Shown in pieces: positions 39,101-49,088 of a DNA stretch of 64,000 nucleotides. Numbering within the stretch: the first letter of the stretch is position 1; the number at the start of each line of letters is the position of its first letter. The notes below the pieces were generated by a model. It saw only the letters and a list, made by a program, of their open reading frames with translations, did no database searches and was not told the origin of the DNA. The stretch comes from Dehalococcoidia bacterium (lineage in GTDB: Bacteria; Chloroflexota; Dehalococcoidia; UBA2979). The stretch covers positions 1,888,001-1,952,000 of the forward strand of contig OZ244720.1 in NCBI GenBank assembly GCA_965219085.1, written 5' to 3'. Made by a program: the position numbers and the translations under genes.

Positions 39101-42100
39101 GCTGACGGCGACAGCCAATGTCGTGGTGTGGGCACCGGCCGAGACACTCAGCGTCACGTCGTAGACGTTGTTCGGGCCGAAGTCGGTCGCGTCCTCGTAG
39201 TCCGGGGCTGCCTTGAACTCCAGCCTCCCGTTCGGGGACGTGAAGTTGAACTGCTCGCTGTCGCTCCCGGCGAGCGGTTGCCAGGCGATGGTGGCGCTCT
39301 CGGGGTCCGACGCCCGGTACGTCCCGACGAGGAGCGTGCCGCCTTCCTCGACGCCCGGCCTGGCGTCGCCGCTGATCGCGGGCGGCTCGTTGACGGGGTC
39401 GACGGTGACGGTGAGGGCGAGGCTGCCCGTCTTGCCGTCGCTGTCGCGGGCGCTGACCGTGATGCCGTAGACGTTGTTCCCGCCCGAGTCGGCGGGGCGC
39501 TCGTGGTCGGGGACGTTCACGAAGGAGAGCACGCCGGCGGCGGTGAGGGCGAAGTCGAGGCGATCCGTCCCGCCCACCGACCACTCGTACGTGAGGGTCT
39601 GGTCGTTCTCCGGGTCGTTCGCGCTGAAGGTGGCGAGCGTGCCGTCATGGTTCTCGGCCACGGTGAGCGCGTTGTTGTTCACGGTGACGCCGCCCGTCGC
39701 CACGAACGAGATATCCGCGGGCTCGTCGACGTTGGTCACGGTGACGGTCAACGTGACGCTGTCGCTCAGGCCGTAGGGGTCCGTAGCGGTCACAACGACC
39801 TCGTACGAACTCCGCGTCTCGTGGTCGAACTGGACGTTGGCTCGCAGTCCTCCGGCGGCCGGGTTCGCGACGGTGAAAGCGTCCGCGTCACGCCCACCGA
39901 GCGTGTAGGTGAGCTGTTCGCCGTCCGGGTCGGTGGCGGTGACGGTGGCGACGACCGCCGACGTGCTGTTGTTCTCCGCCACCTCCTGGGTGTCCGTGGT
40001 GGCCGCAAACGCCGGCGGCCGGCTGGGGACGACCTTGAGAATGCGGTCCGCGCCTCCGCCGTTCGATGTGGTGAGGTAGAGCGCGCCCCCGCGGCCCAGC
40101 ATGGGGGTCCGGAGGCGCCCGTAGGTACCGTCGAGCTCGGGCACGACCACCTGGCTCACGAACCTCCCGGCCGCGGTGAACTCGAAGATCCGGAGCGACC
40201 GGGTCTTGAGCGTGGCGACCGCGAGCCGGCCGCTCCACTCCTCCCAGTCGGGGCCGTGGAGGAAGATGCCGCCGCTGGTCGCCAGCGTCGGGTCGCCGGA
40301 CGACCATCTGGCCTCGACCGCGTCGGGGAACTTCACGCGGTCGGTCATGGGAACGGACTGGTCGTAGCCGGGTACCGGATCCCATCCGTAGTTGCCGCCC
40401 GAGGTCAGCAGGTTGATCTCGTCGTCCACAGTCGGCCCGTGCTCGACCGACCACATCTGGTTCGTGCCGGGGCGGCGAGCGAGGCCCTGCGGATTGCGGT
40501 GGCCGTGGGTGTAGACGCGCGCCGAGGCGGCGAACGGGTTCCCGGGCGCGCCGACGCCCGTCGACGCATCGACGCGGAGCACCTTCCCGCCCAGCGAGCT
40601 GAGGTCCTGCGGTACCGTCCCGGATGCAGCGTCTCCCGTCGCGATCCAGAGGAACCCGTGCGGGCCGAAGCGCAGCCGGCAACCGTTGTGGATGCTGGCC
40701 GCGGGGATGCCCCCGACGAGGGGATCCGCGACACGCGTGGCCGCGGTGTAGTCCGAGTTCATGGTCCAGGCGATCACCTGCACGACGCGCCCGGTGTGCG
40801 CCTGGCAGGTGTAGAACCGCCGGTTGGAGGCGAATCCGGGATCGACGAGGATCGCCATCAGTCCGGCCTCCCCGCTCACGAACAGGTCGCTGAAGTCCGC
40901 CGTCACGGTCTGGACCGTGCCGCCGGTGAGCCGGGCCTTGAGCGCTCCGCCGCGCTCCGTGAGCAGCATCGTCCCGTCCGGTGCGAAGGCGAGATCCCAG
41001 GGAATGCTGAGGCCGGAGACGAGCGTGACGACGGTGATCCCGGGCGCGGCCTCACGCGCGCCGACCGGTTGGCCCGATTCGACCTCGGCGCTCTTGCCCG
41101 TGCCCTCTCCGTCCGCGTAGGTAGCACGGGCCCGGATGTACATCCCCTCGTCGGCGCTCGTCGGTGTGTAGCTTGCGTCGCTACCGGAAACGCTGGTCCA
41201 GTCGGTCTGGTCCGAGGACCGCTGCCACTGCCAGAACACCGACCGCACGCCCCCGTCCGGGTCGCTGATGGCCGCCCTGAGCACGGTTCCAACCCGGGCC
41301 TGAGCGGGCCCCAGCGACACGGCGCCCGCTTCCTCGACGTTGGTGACCGTGATCGTCACGTCGATGGTGTCGCTCAGCCCGTGGCTGTCCGTGGCGGTCA
41401 CCGCGACGGAGTAGCTGGACGCGGTCTCGTAGTCGAGGGCGGCCCTCGTTCGCAGCTGACCCGTCGAGGCCACGATCGCGAAGGAGCCCGCGTCGGGTCC
41501 GCCCAGCGAGTAGCTCAGCGAGTCGCCGCTGTCGGGATCCGTGGCGACGAGCGGTTCGCCGATGTCCTGACCCGAGGCGGTGTTCTCAGGGATGGTGCGG
41601 GCGCCGGTCTCGGTGTCCGGGAAGGATGGTGAGATCGACTGCAGCGTGAACGCGAGGCTCGCGATCCGCTCGGTCGTGAACCTGCCCGTCCCGCGGATGC
41701 TCGTGATGTGGTCGCGCGGGCTGGTGTCGACGCTGGGGCTGAGCGAGAAGTCGTCGCCCTCCTCGCTGCCGGCATCCCACGGGAAGAGGTCCACCTCGTG
41801 CGAGGGGAGCCAGCGGCCCGAGGCATCGAGCAGTAACAGTCCCGAGACGCCGACGAACCAGTCGTGGCTCGGCGCGATCATCGTCGTGACCGTGACCCGC
41901 GGAAACTCGGTTGTGAACCTGCGGTTGCTCAGGGTGCGGGTGGCAGTGGGACTGATGGAGCCGGTGCTGCCCTCGAGGACGGAGAGAGCAGTGGGCGGGT
42001 CGGCGTTCCGCGCCGTGTTGACTTCGCCGCGGAGGGTCGACGTTCCCCCGATTTCCGCCATCGACTCGACGCCCGGACTGGCCGTGCCCCCGCTCTCGAG

Positions 42101-45100
42101 GAAGGTCACGTCGGCGCTGTGCACCGCGCCGATCAGACGCGAGAAGTGCGCCCCGCCAGGGAGACCGTCGGGCGTGACGTCCCTGTTCCACGTGCCCCGG
42201 AAGCGGATGGTGTAGATGGCCGTCGACGCGAAGGGCGCCACCGAATCGCTCGCCGATGGCGTGAGCGACAGATCCTCCTCGGTCCGTGTCACGGTGATGG
42301 TGTAGGTCTCGGTGGCCATGCCGTCCTGCGCGGTGACTTCAACCTTGATGATGTTTTCGCCCACCGACAGGTCGACCTGGACCGGGCTGGCGGTGCCCAG
42401 GCTGTTGTCGTTGCCGTCGAGGAACTCGACGGCCGCGTTCTCGTTGCTCGTGGTCGCTGCGACCGTCGTCCGGGTCACCGTGTACCCGACTGACGGCGTG
42501 TACGAGGTCGTGCCGCTCATGAACGCGGGGGTCAGCCGCACACCACTCAGCGTCAAGGCGCTGAGCGTGGCGTCGTCGGAGAGCGCCGTCGTCCCCATCC
42601 GCGTGGCCGACCAGGGGCCCTCACCTGCGGCGTTCTCCGCCCGCACCTGCACGTCGTACTGCGTCCCGACCTTGAGTCCCGTGACCGTGGCCGTCAGGTC
42701 GCCGGAGGTCCATGCGCCGGACTCGACGGTCCAGTTCGCCTCCATCGTCTCGTCATCGCTAGTCTTGATGTACCGCAAGTCGTAGGACGAAACCGCCGCG
42801 TCTCCGTCCGTGGCGGGCGCGCTCCATTCGACCGTGAGCCCCGACGCGACGCCGGTCACCGAGTCGATCGCCGGGGCGCCGGGCCGTGTCGTACCGACGC
42901 TGGTGGCGGACCAGGCGCCCTCGCCCGCGCCGTTGACCGCGCGCACCTGCACGTCGTACTGCGTGCCGCTGTCGAGACCCGTGACTTCATGCTCCAGGTC
43001 CGGGCCGCCGGAGCTCCACACCTCCGTCTCGACGGTCCAGTTGGCGTCCATCGTCTCGTCCTCGCCGGTCTTGATGTGGCGCAGGTCGTAGGACGTGATC
43101 TCGTCCCCGCCGTCGCTGGCGGGCTCGCTCCACCCGACGGTGAGCGAGCCGCCTGCCCCGGTGACCGCGTCGATCGTCGGAGCGCCGGGCGTGGTGCGCG
43201 GTGTGGCGGTGCGGACGCCCGACCAGGCGTGTTGGTCGGTCCCCACGACCGCCCGCACCTGCACGTCGTAGGAGACCCCGTTGACGAGGCTGGGCGTCGG
43301 GTTGAGCGTGTATTCGAGCGAGCCGGAGGTCCAGATCGACGTGGTCACCGTCCAGCGGGCGTCTGCCTTGTCCGAGGCGTCGCTGCGGATATGGCGCAGG
43401 TCGTAGGAGGTGACGGTTCCCAGGGTCGTGCTCGTGGGCGCGGTCCACTCGATGGCGATCGAGCGGTCGCCTGGGGTGACCGAGTCGATGGTCGGGGCCT
43501 CGTCCGTCGTGGGTGTGCCGGTGGCGGCGTCCGACCAGACGCCGTCGCCGCCGGCGTTCACCCCGCGCACCTGCACGTCGTATTCGGCGTTCCCGGTCAG
43601 GCCGGTGACGACGTGCGAGAGAGCGCCGGAGCCGTCGGTCCAGACGTCCTGCAGGATGGTCCAGTTGGCGTCCACCGTCTCATCGGCGCTGGTCAGGATG
43701 TAGCGCAGGTCGTAGGCGGTGATGTCGGACGCGCCCGTGTTGGTAGGGGCAGTCCAGGTGACGGTGAGCGCCTCGCTGCCGGCCGCGACCGAGTCGACAG
43801 CGGGGGCGGCGGGGCTTGACCGGTGGCCGTACACCGTGAGGCTCCACGAGTTGAGCCGGGCGGCCGTCCCGCCACCCACGTGGTCCGTGATGCGCAGCTT
43901 CCAGACGCCGGCGGGATCCTCGCCAAGGTGCCTGGCGGAACCGAAGCGCACGGGGCCGTCCAGGTTGCACTGGCCCGGGAGGATGCCAAACAACGACGTG
44001 CACTCCCCGCTGCCAACGAGGTAGTGCGGGGAGAGCACGGAGACCGTGCCCGATGGCGACTCGAGCTCGATCTGCAGGTCCCTGAACGCGGCCCTGAGGG
44101 AGGGACGAATCGAGACGAATTCGGTGAACTGCACGCCGGAGCCCATGGTGATGGAGCTGGTGACGGTGGTGGGCGTGCCCGAGGAGGGGAGGTCGGGGAT
44201 CGCCAGATTGGCGGCGCCCGACTCCCGCGTCTCCTCGATGAACAGCGGAAGGCTGGTCCAGCCGACCGCCAGGTCCATCGCCTCCTTGGCGTCGACCACG
44301 CCGAAGCCGTACTCGTGGTTGAACGCGTAGCGCTGGGTCGCGGAGCCGTACTGGAGGGCGCCCTCCTCCCAGCCGGTGTTCGATGGATCGTTCTTCCGGG
44401 CGGAGCCCGCCAGGATGAGCTTCACGTCGCGCCAGGTCAGGTCGGCGTAGGCGCCCCGCAGGAGCGCGGCCACCCCGGACACGATGGCGGCCGTGGAAGA
44501 GGTCCCGCCGAAGTTGTTCCGGTAGCGGCCGTAGTTGTCGGTGGTGGTGATGGCCGCTGGCAAGTAGCTGGCGCCGGAAGGCGCGCATACCCACAGGTTG
44601 GCGCCCTGTTCGGAGTAGTGCCACCGGACACCCCGATCCGTGACCGCACAGGCGGCCGTAGCGGTGTAGTGGTTCCGGAATCCGCTCAGGTTGGAGTTGG
44701 CGCCGACCACCGCGTCGTTGCCGCCGGACCGCACATACAACACCCCCTTGCCGCCGTAGCCCTCCGTGACCCCTCGCACCACCGCCCTTTCCCAGCCCGA
44801 GGGCGCCGTGGCATACCCGGGACCCTCGGTTACCGACCAGCTGTTGTTGCTGATGGCCGTGGTCTCCATCCCCCGCGTCATCGCGTCCGCCGCATTGGCA
44901 TGGTTGTAGTCGTCGATGAGGTTGTAGACATAGATCTGGGCGCGGGGCGCGACCCCCCGAACGCCGATGCCGTTGTCCCGCGCGGCGATGAGGCCGGCGG
45001 CGCCGGTGCCGTGGGTATTTCCGGGATTGAACACGGCTGCGCCGCCGTAGCCGTAGTTGCGGTCCGCAATCACGTTGGGCGCCAGGTCCGGGTGCCCGGC

Positions 45101-46996
45101 GTCAAAGCCGTCGTCGACCAGGGCCACGGTGGCGCCGGCCCCGAGGTGGCCGGCCGCCCACACCTCCCGGACGTTGATGTCCTCGCCCGGCGTCCCGCCC
45201 AGCTGTCCGGTGTTGTCCAGGTGCCACTGGCACCCGGAGAGGGGGTCGCTCAGGGGGTCGCTCAGGGACGCGGTGAGCGCCGTGCACCCGTCGAAGAATT
45301 CGCCGTAGACGTAGTCCTCCCACATGCGCAGCCCGTAACGCCCCGACGTGGGCCCGGAGCTACCGGGCAAACGCGTGACCTTGAGGTAGTACGTTCCCGC
45401 GTCGAGGCGGTCGCGGAGCGTGAACCCGGCGGGCGCGCTCGCGGTGTACCTGCTCTCGAAGATGTTCGCGTCAACGGTGTTGGCGTCCGCGTCCAGCAAC
45501 TCCCCGGCGATGGCGACGGCGGAGCCCGCGGCGACGAGGAGGACATGGGTCGCTTCGGCGAGCTCGATGCGGAAGTAGTCGACGTCGTCCGCCGGGCTGA
45601 TGGTTCCCGCCTTCGGGAACAGCGGGATGAGCGGCTCCGCCGCCGCGGTGGTGCTTCCCGGCTCGGCACCCCGGTTCACGTGGAGCGCGTACACACCGGT
45701 TTCCGCGGGGAAGCCCCCAACCCGCACGTAGTAGGTCCCCACGTCGAGGGTCACACGCACGAAGAAGCGGTTGCTCCCCAGGGGGAATTCCTCGCTGCCT
45801 GTGACCTCCCTACTCCCGCTCAGCCAGAGGTCGCCCCACGTGCGGGCGGGGCCGGTGCTGTGAACCAGCAGGGTGGTGCGCGCGGTCAGCGTGATGCGGA
45901 ACCAGTCCCGGTCGGTCCTCGCCGGATCGATGATCCCCCAGCCGAAGCCGCCGACTTCGACGTCCTGGGCATCGGACCTCGCCGTGGAGTCGGCGACCGT
46001 CGTTGTTCCCAGGACATAAGCGCCCGTGGCGCCGCCGCTGCCCGTGACCTTGACGTAGTAGGTCCCCGCCTGGAGAGAGCCCCAGAGCAGGAAGTTGTGG
46101 CGCCCGTGCAGCTCGTCCCCCAGGTCGTTCTCGCGGAGCAGGTCCCCGTTCTCGTCCAGCAGCTGCCCCACCGTGTCGAGGTCGCCGCGGGTGTAGATGA
46201 TGATGCCGGTCGCCGCCGTCAGCTCGAGCGTGAAGTAGTCGACGTCGGTCCCGGACTCGATCACCCCGCCCATGCGCGTGGTCAGCGGCAGCGTGGTCGC
46301 CGTCTGGAGCGTGCCGCCGTGCTCGGCGGGCGTCCCCGTCGCGGTCGCCGACCAGGCGCCGCCGGTCGCGGCCACGGCCCGCACCTGCACGTCGTAGCCC
46401 GTGCCGTTGGTGAGCCCGGAGAGCACGCCTTCCAGACTCCCGGAGGTCCAGAACTCCTCCAGTACCGTCCAGTTGCCGTCGGCCTTGTCCGTGGCCGTGC
46501 TCTCGATGTAGCGCACGTCGTAGGCCGTGATCTTCGTGGTGGCGGCGGCGGGACCGCTCCACCCGATCGTGACAGCGCCGTCGCCGGCGATGATGGTGTC
46601 GATGACGGGACCGGGGATCCGGGGCGTGCCCGTGGAGGTGGACGACCACTGGCCGTCGCCGGTGGTAACGGCCCGCATCTGCACGTCGTAGCCGACATCG
46701 TTGTCGAGGTCCTCGAGGGTGTAGGTGAGGTCGCCCGACCCGGATGACCAGACGTCCTCGAGCGCGGTCCAGTTGGCGTCGGCCTTGTCCGCCGCGTCAC
46801 TGCGGATGTGGCGCAGATCGTAGGCGGTGATGCCCGTCACGCCGGTGGGCGCGGTCCACTCGATCGTCAGCGAGCCGTCTCCGGCGGTGACGGAGTCGAT
46901 CGTGGGGGCGGCGATGGGCGTCTGCGCAAGAGTGCGACCCGGGGTCACCATCAGCCAGAGCAGGATGAAGGCCGCGAGCAGTCGAGGCCATCTCAT
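36167..46996 (-). CDS. G5: ~3600-aa multi-enzyme surface protein (FN3, PPC, S8 kexin-like protease + P domain, Spondin_N, PQQ glucose/sorbosone dehydrogenase-like, cadherins, C-terminal module)
   Basis: GGAGG before ATG 46996; signal MRWPRLLAAFILLWLMVTPGRTLA; S8 triad motifs VDDG, THGT, GTSS; MIAPSHDWFVGV..PWDAG; HNGCRLRFGP..GHRNPQG. Confidence 0.9.
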   Translation of the reverse strand: MRWPRLLAAFILLWLMVTPGRTLAQTPIAAPTIDSVTAGDGSLTIEWTAPTGVTGITAYDLRHIRSDAADKADANWTALEDVWSSGSGDLTYTLEDLDNDVGYDVQMRAVTTGDGQWSSTSTGTPRIPGPVIDTIIAGDGAVTIGWSGPAAATTKITAYDVRYIESTATDKADGNWTVLEEFWTSGSLEGVLSGLTNGTGYDVQVRAVAATGGAWSATATGTPAEHGGTLQTATTLPLTTRMGGVIESGTDVDYFTLELTAATGIIIYTRGDLDTVGQLLDENGDLLRENDLGDELHGRHNFLLWGSLQAGTYYVKVTGSGGATGAYVLGTTTVADSTARSDAQDVEVGGFGWGIIDPARTDRDWFRITLTARTTLLVHSTGPARTWGDLWLSGSREVTGSEEFPLGSNRFFVRVTLDVGTYYVRVGGFPAETGVYALHVNRGAEPGSTTAAAEPLIPLFPKAGTISPADDVDYFRIELAEATHVLLVAAGSAVAIAGELLDADANTVDANIFESRYTASAPAGFTLRDRLDAGTYYLKVTRLPGSSGPTSGRYGLRMWEDYVYGEFFDGCTALTASLSDPLSDPLSGCQWHLDNTGQLGGTPGEDINVREVWAAGHLGAGATVALVDDGFDAGHPDLAPNVIADRNYGYGGAAVFNPGNTHGTGAAGLIAARDNGIGVRGVAPRAQIYVYNLIDDYNHANAADAMTRGMETTAISNNSWSVTEGPGYATAPSGWERAVVRGVTEGYGGKGVLYVRSGGNDAVVGANSNLSGFRNHYTATAACAVTDRGVRWHYSEQGANLWVCAPSGASYLPAAITTTDNYGRYRNNFGGTSSTAAIVSGVAALLRGAYADLTWRDVKLILAGSARKNDPSNTGWEEGALQYGSATQRYAFNHEYGFGVVDAKEAMDLAVGWTSLPLFIEETRESGAANLAIPDLPSSGTPTTVTSSITMGSGVQFTEFVSIRPSLRAAFRDLQIELESPSGTVSVLSPHYLVGSGECTSLFGILPGQCNLDGPVRFGSARHLGEDPAGVWKLRITDHVGGGTAARLNSWSLTVYGHRSSPAAPAVDSVAAGSEALTVTWTAPTNTGASDITAYDLRYILTSADETVDANWTILQDVWTDGSGALSHVVTGLTGNAEYDVQVRGVNAGGDGVWSDAATGTPTTDEAPTIDSVTPGDRSIAIEWTAPTSTTLGTVTSYDLRHIRSDASDKADARWTVTTSIWTSGSLEYTLNPTPSLVNGVSYDVQVRAVVGTDQHAWSGVRTATPRTTPGAPTIDAVTGAGGSLTVGWSEPASDGGDEITSYDLRHIKTGEDETMDANWTVETEVWSSGGPDLEHEVTGLDSGTQYDVQVRAVNGAGEGAWSATSVGTTRPGAPAIDSVTGVASGLTVEWSAPATDGDAAVSSYDLRYIKTSDDETMEANWTVESGAWTSGDLTATVTGLKVGTQYDVQVRAENAAGEGPWSATRMGTTALSDDATLSALTLSGVRLTPAFMSGTTSYTPSVGYTVTRTTVAATTSNENAAVEFLDGNDNSLGTASPVQVDLSVGENIIKVEVTAQDGMATETYTITVTRTEEDLSLTPSASDSVAPFASTAIYTIRFRGTWNRDVTPDGLPGGAHFSRLIGAVHSADVTFLESGGTASPGVESMAEIGGTSTLRGEVNTARNADPPTALSVLEGSTGSISPTATRTLSNRRFTTEFPRVTVTTMIAPSHDWFVGVSGLLLLDASGRWLPSHEVDLFPWDAGSEEGDDFSLSPSVDTSPRDHITSIRGTGRFTTERIASLAFTLQSISPSFPDTETGARTIPENTASGQDIGEPLVATDPDSGDSLSYSLGGPDAGSFAIVASTGQLRTRAALDYETASSYSVAVTATDSHGLSDTIDVTITVTNVEEAGAVSLGPAQARVGTVLRAAISDPDGGVRSVFWQWQRSSDQTDWTSVSGSDASYTPTSADEGMYIRARATYADGEGTGKSAEVESGQPVGAREAAPGITVVTLVSGLSIPWDLAFAPDGTMLLTERGGALKARLTGGTVQTVTADFSDLFVSGEAGLMAILVDPGFASNRRFYTCQAHTGRVVQVIAWTMNSDYTAATRVADPLVGGIPAASIHNGCRLRFGPHGFLWIATGDAASGTVPQDLSSLGGKVLRVDASTGVGAPGNPFAASARVYTHGHRNPQGLARRPGTNQMWSVEHGPTVDDEINLLTSGGNYGWDPVPGYDQSVPMTDRVKFPDAVEARWSSGDPTLATSGGIFLHGPDWEEWSGRLAVATLKTRSLRIFEFTAAGRFVSQVVVPELDGTYGRLRTPMLGRGGALYLTTSNGGGADRILKVVPSRPPAFAATTDTQEVAENNSTSAVVATVTATDPDGEQLTYTLGGRDADAFTVANPAAGGLRANVQFDHETRSSYEVVVTATDPYGLSDSVTLTVTVTNVDEPADISFVATGGVTVNNNALTVAENHDGTLATFSANDPENDQTLTYEWSVGGTDRLDFALTAAGVLSFVNVPDHERPADSGGNNVYGITVSARDSDGKTGSLALTVTVDPVNEPPAISGDARPGVEEGGTLLVGTYRASDPESATIAWQPLAGSDSEQFNFTSPNGRLEFKAAPDYEDATDFGPNNVYDVTLSVSAGAHTTTLAVAVSVTNREEPGMLALPATRPQAEADYTATLGDPDGVRSTAWTWERSTSRGGPWTAVTGAADSTTTSVYTPVAGDIGYYLRATAAYTDGHGPNKSLVAVSTNSVLAAPVVNNPPTFTEANPTRSIAENARADAPVGERVTASDPDPGNTVGYELEPASDLFTIDGASGQIRVKEAASLDHETAPSHTVTVKASDSSNAFDTVEVTITVTDVNEPPDAVADAPGSFDEDTEITIDVLANDSDPEQDPSELLLTVVTPPLNGRASVNEPASAGDRRTITYEPNADYHGADTFTYRARDTGSPSLSNIATVSVEVDPVNDAPAFASQAATRSVPESAEAGDHVGAPVTATDVDENDTLAYSLSGPDVFSFVIDADGQITVGTGVTFDAATTSEYAVTVEARDTEGATASIDVTITVTTRPSRPPIIIGPIGPGGGGGPTGPTPSEVDFEWTVKRDIESLDSSHDSPTGSWSNGSILWLLENGSGADDAIYAYDLKSGERVEDREFELDERNRAPRGVWSDGKIKILWVSDSGQNKLFAHDLESGERLAERDIELAARNRAARGIWSDGETMWVLDGGKDSVFVYDLESGELLAECALDAANNDPRGIWSDGVTVWVSDHGAKRLFAYRLPVLSGEPDADEEDEGDKELERVRDEEFPNTILSRASNNSPRGLWSDGDVMYVADASDDKVYSYNMPDAIDARLATLTMSDIEIGEFSPRETEYTGVAAEGVAETTVEAAAVQSGAGVVIDPPDAGEKADGHQIALPGLGEITVTVTSADGSRTKTYRVAFGEAEQSTPEPWTHCLRGEVAEGFSLVVYEGGSVEELAACAQSRHVVALYVLHEGVYVSYILGAPNFVNREFTELFADGLPVMTPLVAGGNGPPSPDPFGDHLDAAGPQPWPECLRGAAVEGFSLVVYEGGSVEELVACAESRRVTAVYALADGEWVSYILGAPEFANQPFRELSPDGIPPITPLVAKSEGPPEAN

Positions 46997-47223
46997 GGAG
47001 AACGGCCCTCCGTTGGCCCCGCTGAAACAGCACCCACCCGGACAACGCACGACCCGGCCGCCACCCCAACCGCAAAGTCGGGGCAGGTGCCGGCCGGCAC
47101 CCGCCCGTTCTCATCGTGCGTCCATCAGTCATGCGTCGAGCAGCCGACCCGCCCCGTCGATCCCTCTCACTCGTCCTACGCTAATCGTCCAGAAACAGCG
47201 ACTGCGGGGGCCGTCGGTCCGTC

Positions 47224-47439
47224 CGCCGTCTCAGGTGCATGGACTGATCTGTCGAGCGCCCCGCAAACGCTTCCCGTAGTAACGGGCCAACTCATTGCAA
47301 CGTACCACTTGCCTGTGGATGTTCAATGGAAAAAAGGTCCACTTTGGTGGCAGCCCGGTGGCAATTCTCGGGAATAAGCTACGGCAGTAGCAAGCAAGAC
47401 CCATTGCGTGAGTTTCGGGCTCTCTTCTGTGAGCTTTAG
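47224..47439. promoter_or_regulatory. Conserved promoter/leader element P5 (type B), cut by IS1380
   Basis: Minus strand TTGAAC-N16-TACGTT with TG; TGGTGGC 47345 and CGGTGGC 47356. Confidence 0.75.
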
Positions 47440-48789
47440 CCCTGATCCACCGAAGAAGAGCGGGCGAGGGGCTGCGGTTGGGTGCTCCGCTGTAGCTGGG
47501 ACAATGGGTTTTGAGAATTCACGTCACAGCCACAGGGAGCACCCATTCGATGCTACCAACGAGCGACCCCGACCGGATAGACATCGCCTTCGATGACGAC
47601 CGCCTCGTGGACCACGCGGGCCTGCTGCTCCCGGCCACGCTCGCCCAGCATCTCGGTCTGCAAGAGCTCGCCGACAGCTGCGTCGACCTCGGTGACGCGC
47701 CGGGCCGGGCGAACGCCGGCGACAAGCTGCTGACCCTCATCGCCTCGGCGCTCGCGGGCGGCGACTGCATCGACGACGCCGATGCGTTGCGCGCCGGCGG
47801 GACGGCGAGCGTGCTGGGTTGCACGGTCAAGGCGCCGTCCACCCTGGGCACGTTCCTGCGCAGCTTCCGCTGGGGCCACGTCCGCCAGCTCGACCGCGTC
47901 AGCCGCGAGTTGCTCGCTCGCAGCTGGGCGGCCGGGGCGGGACCCGGCGACGCGCCGTTCACGATCGACCTCGACTCGACGATCTGCGAGACCTACGGCT
48001 TGGCGAAGGAGGGCGCCCGGCACCACGGCTACACGGGCGCGCGCGGCTACCACCCGCTGCTCGCGGTGGCGGCCGGGACGGGTGACGTGCTGATGGCGCG
48101 GCTGCGCGAGGGCCGCGCCAACACTGCCCGCGGCGCCGCCCACTTCCTGCGTGAGACGGTGGCGCGGGTCCGCGCTGCCGGAGCGAGCGGGCAGCTCACG
48201 ATGCGCGCCGACAGCGGCTTCTACAACCACGCGGTCGTCGCCGCCTGCCGCGCGCTGGATGTCCGCTTCTCGGTCACGATTCGCCAGCAACCGAACGTAC
48301 GCACGCTGATCGAGGCGATCCCGGAAGCGGACTGGACGCCGATCCCGTACTGGCTGCCGGGCGGCGCCGCTGTCGCCGAGACGTCCTACACCCCGTTCCG
48401 GCACGCGAAGGACGCCAGCGCGGTCCGGCTCATCGTGCGGCGCGTGAGGCCGGCGCCCGGCTCACAGCTGGCGCTCTTCGCGACGTACAGCTACCACGCC
48501 TTCATCACCGACCGCGCGGGGGAGATGATGGAGCTCGAGACCGACCATCGCCGTCACGCCGAGATCGAGAACGCGATCCGCGACCTCAAGTACGGCGTCG
48601 GGCTCAACCATCTCCCCTCGGGCCGCTTCGCCGCGAACGCGGCATGGCTCGCGGTGCAGGTGATCGCGCACAACCTCGCCCGCTGGACGGCGCGGCTGGG
48701 GCTCGGCGAGGGAATCGTGACGACCAGGACGCTCAGGCGGCGCTACTTCGCTCTCGCCGGACGGCTCACCCACTTCTATGAGGGACGGT

Positions 48790-49060
48790 CTTTCCGCAAG
48801 GCCGACGTGGCGGCCTTCTCCGGGTATGGCGCTCCATTCAAGCCGCTCGTGATGTCCGGTCGCGGAGCCTGTGCCAAGCTTCTATCCGCACTCTCGGTGG
48901 GCTACAGCGAGCCCGGTGCATGAAGGCACATCCTGCTTCCAGGGGGCGCTGCTATCTCTGCCGCGTCCTCGATGGGACAAGTGGGTGCTCGCAGTCGCCC
49001 GTGCTCGGCATCACGTGCGTGGCTTCGTTCGCGCTCGGGTCTTCCTTCCTGATCTCCGGT
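48790..49060 (-). ncRNA. Putative bridge/seek RNA of the IS1111-like element (boundaries approximate)
   Basis: Located 3' of the transposase; contains matches to both target flanks (48980-48987, 49004-49009) and to the donor end (48879-48885). Confidence 0.6.
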
Positions 49061-49088
49061 CCCCGCCGGCTGAGGCGGCGCCTCCCGG

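Noticed and set aside
38258-46747. Very long plus-strand ORFs (1124 aa, 974 aa; also 1673..3784, 10108..12219, 14044..15867)
   Set aside because: Antisense shadows of high-GC minus-strand genes; Arg/Gly/Val-rich with no recognisable motifs.
48775-48923. C-terminal tail of the 470-aa IS1380 ORF
   Set aside because: Read-through into the IS110 non-coding end; the real C-terminus is at 50290-50391.
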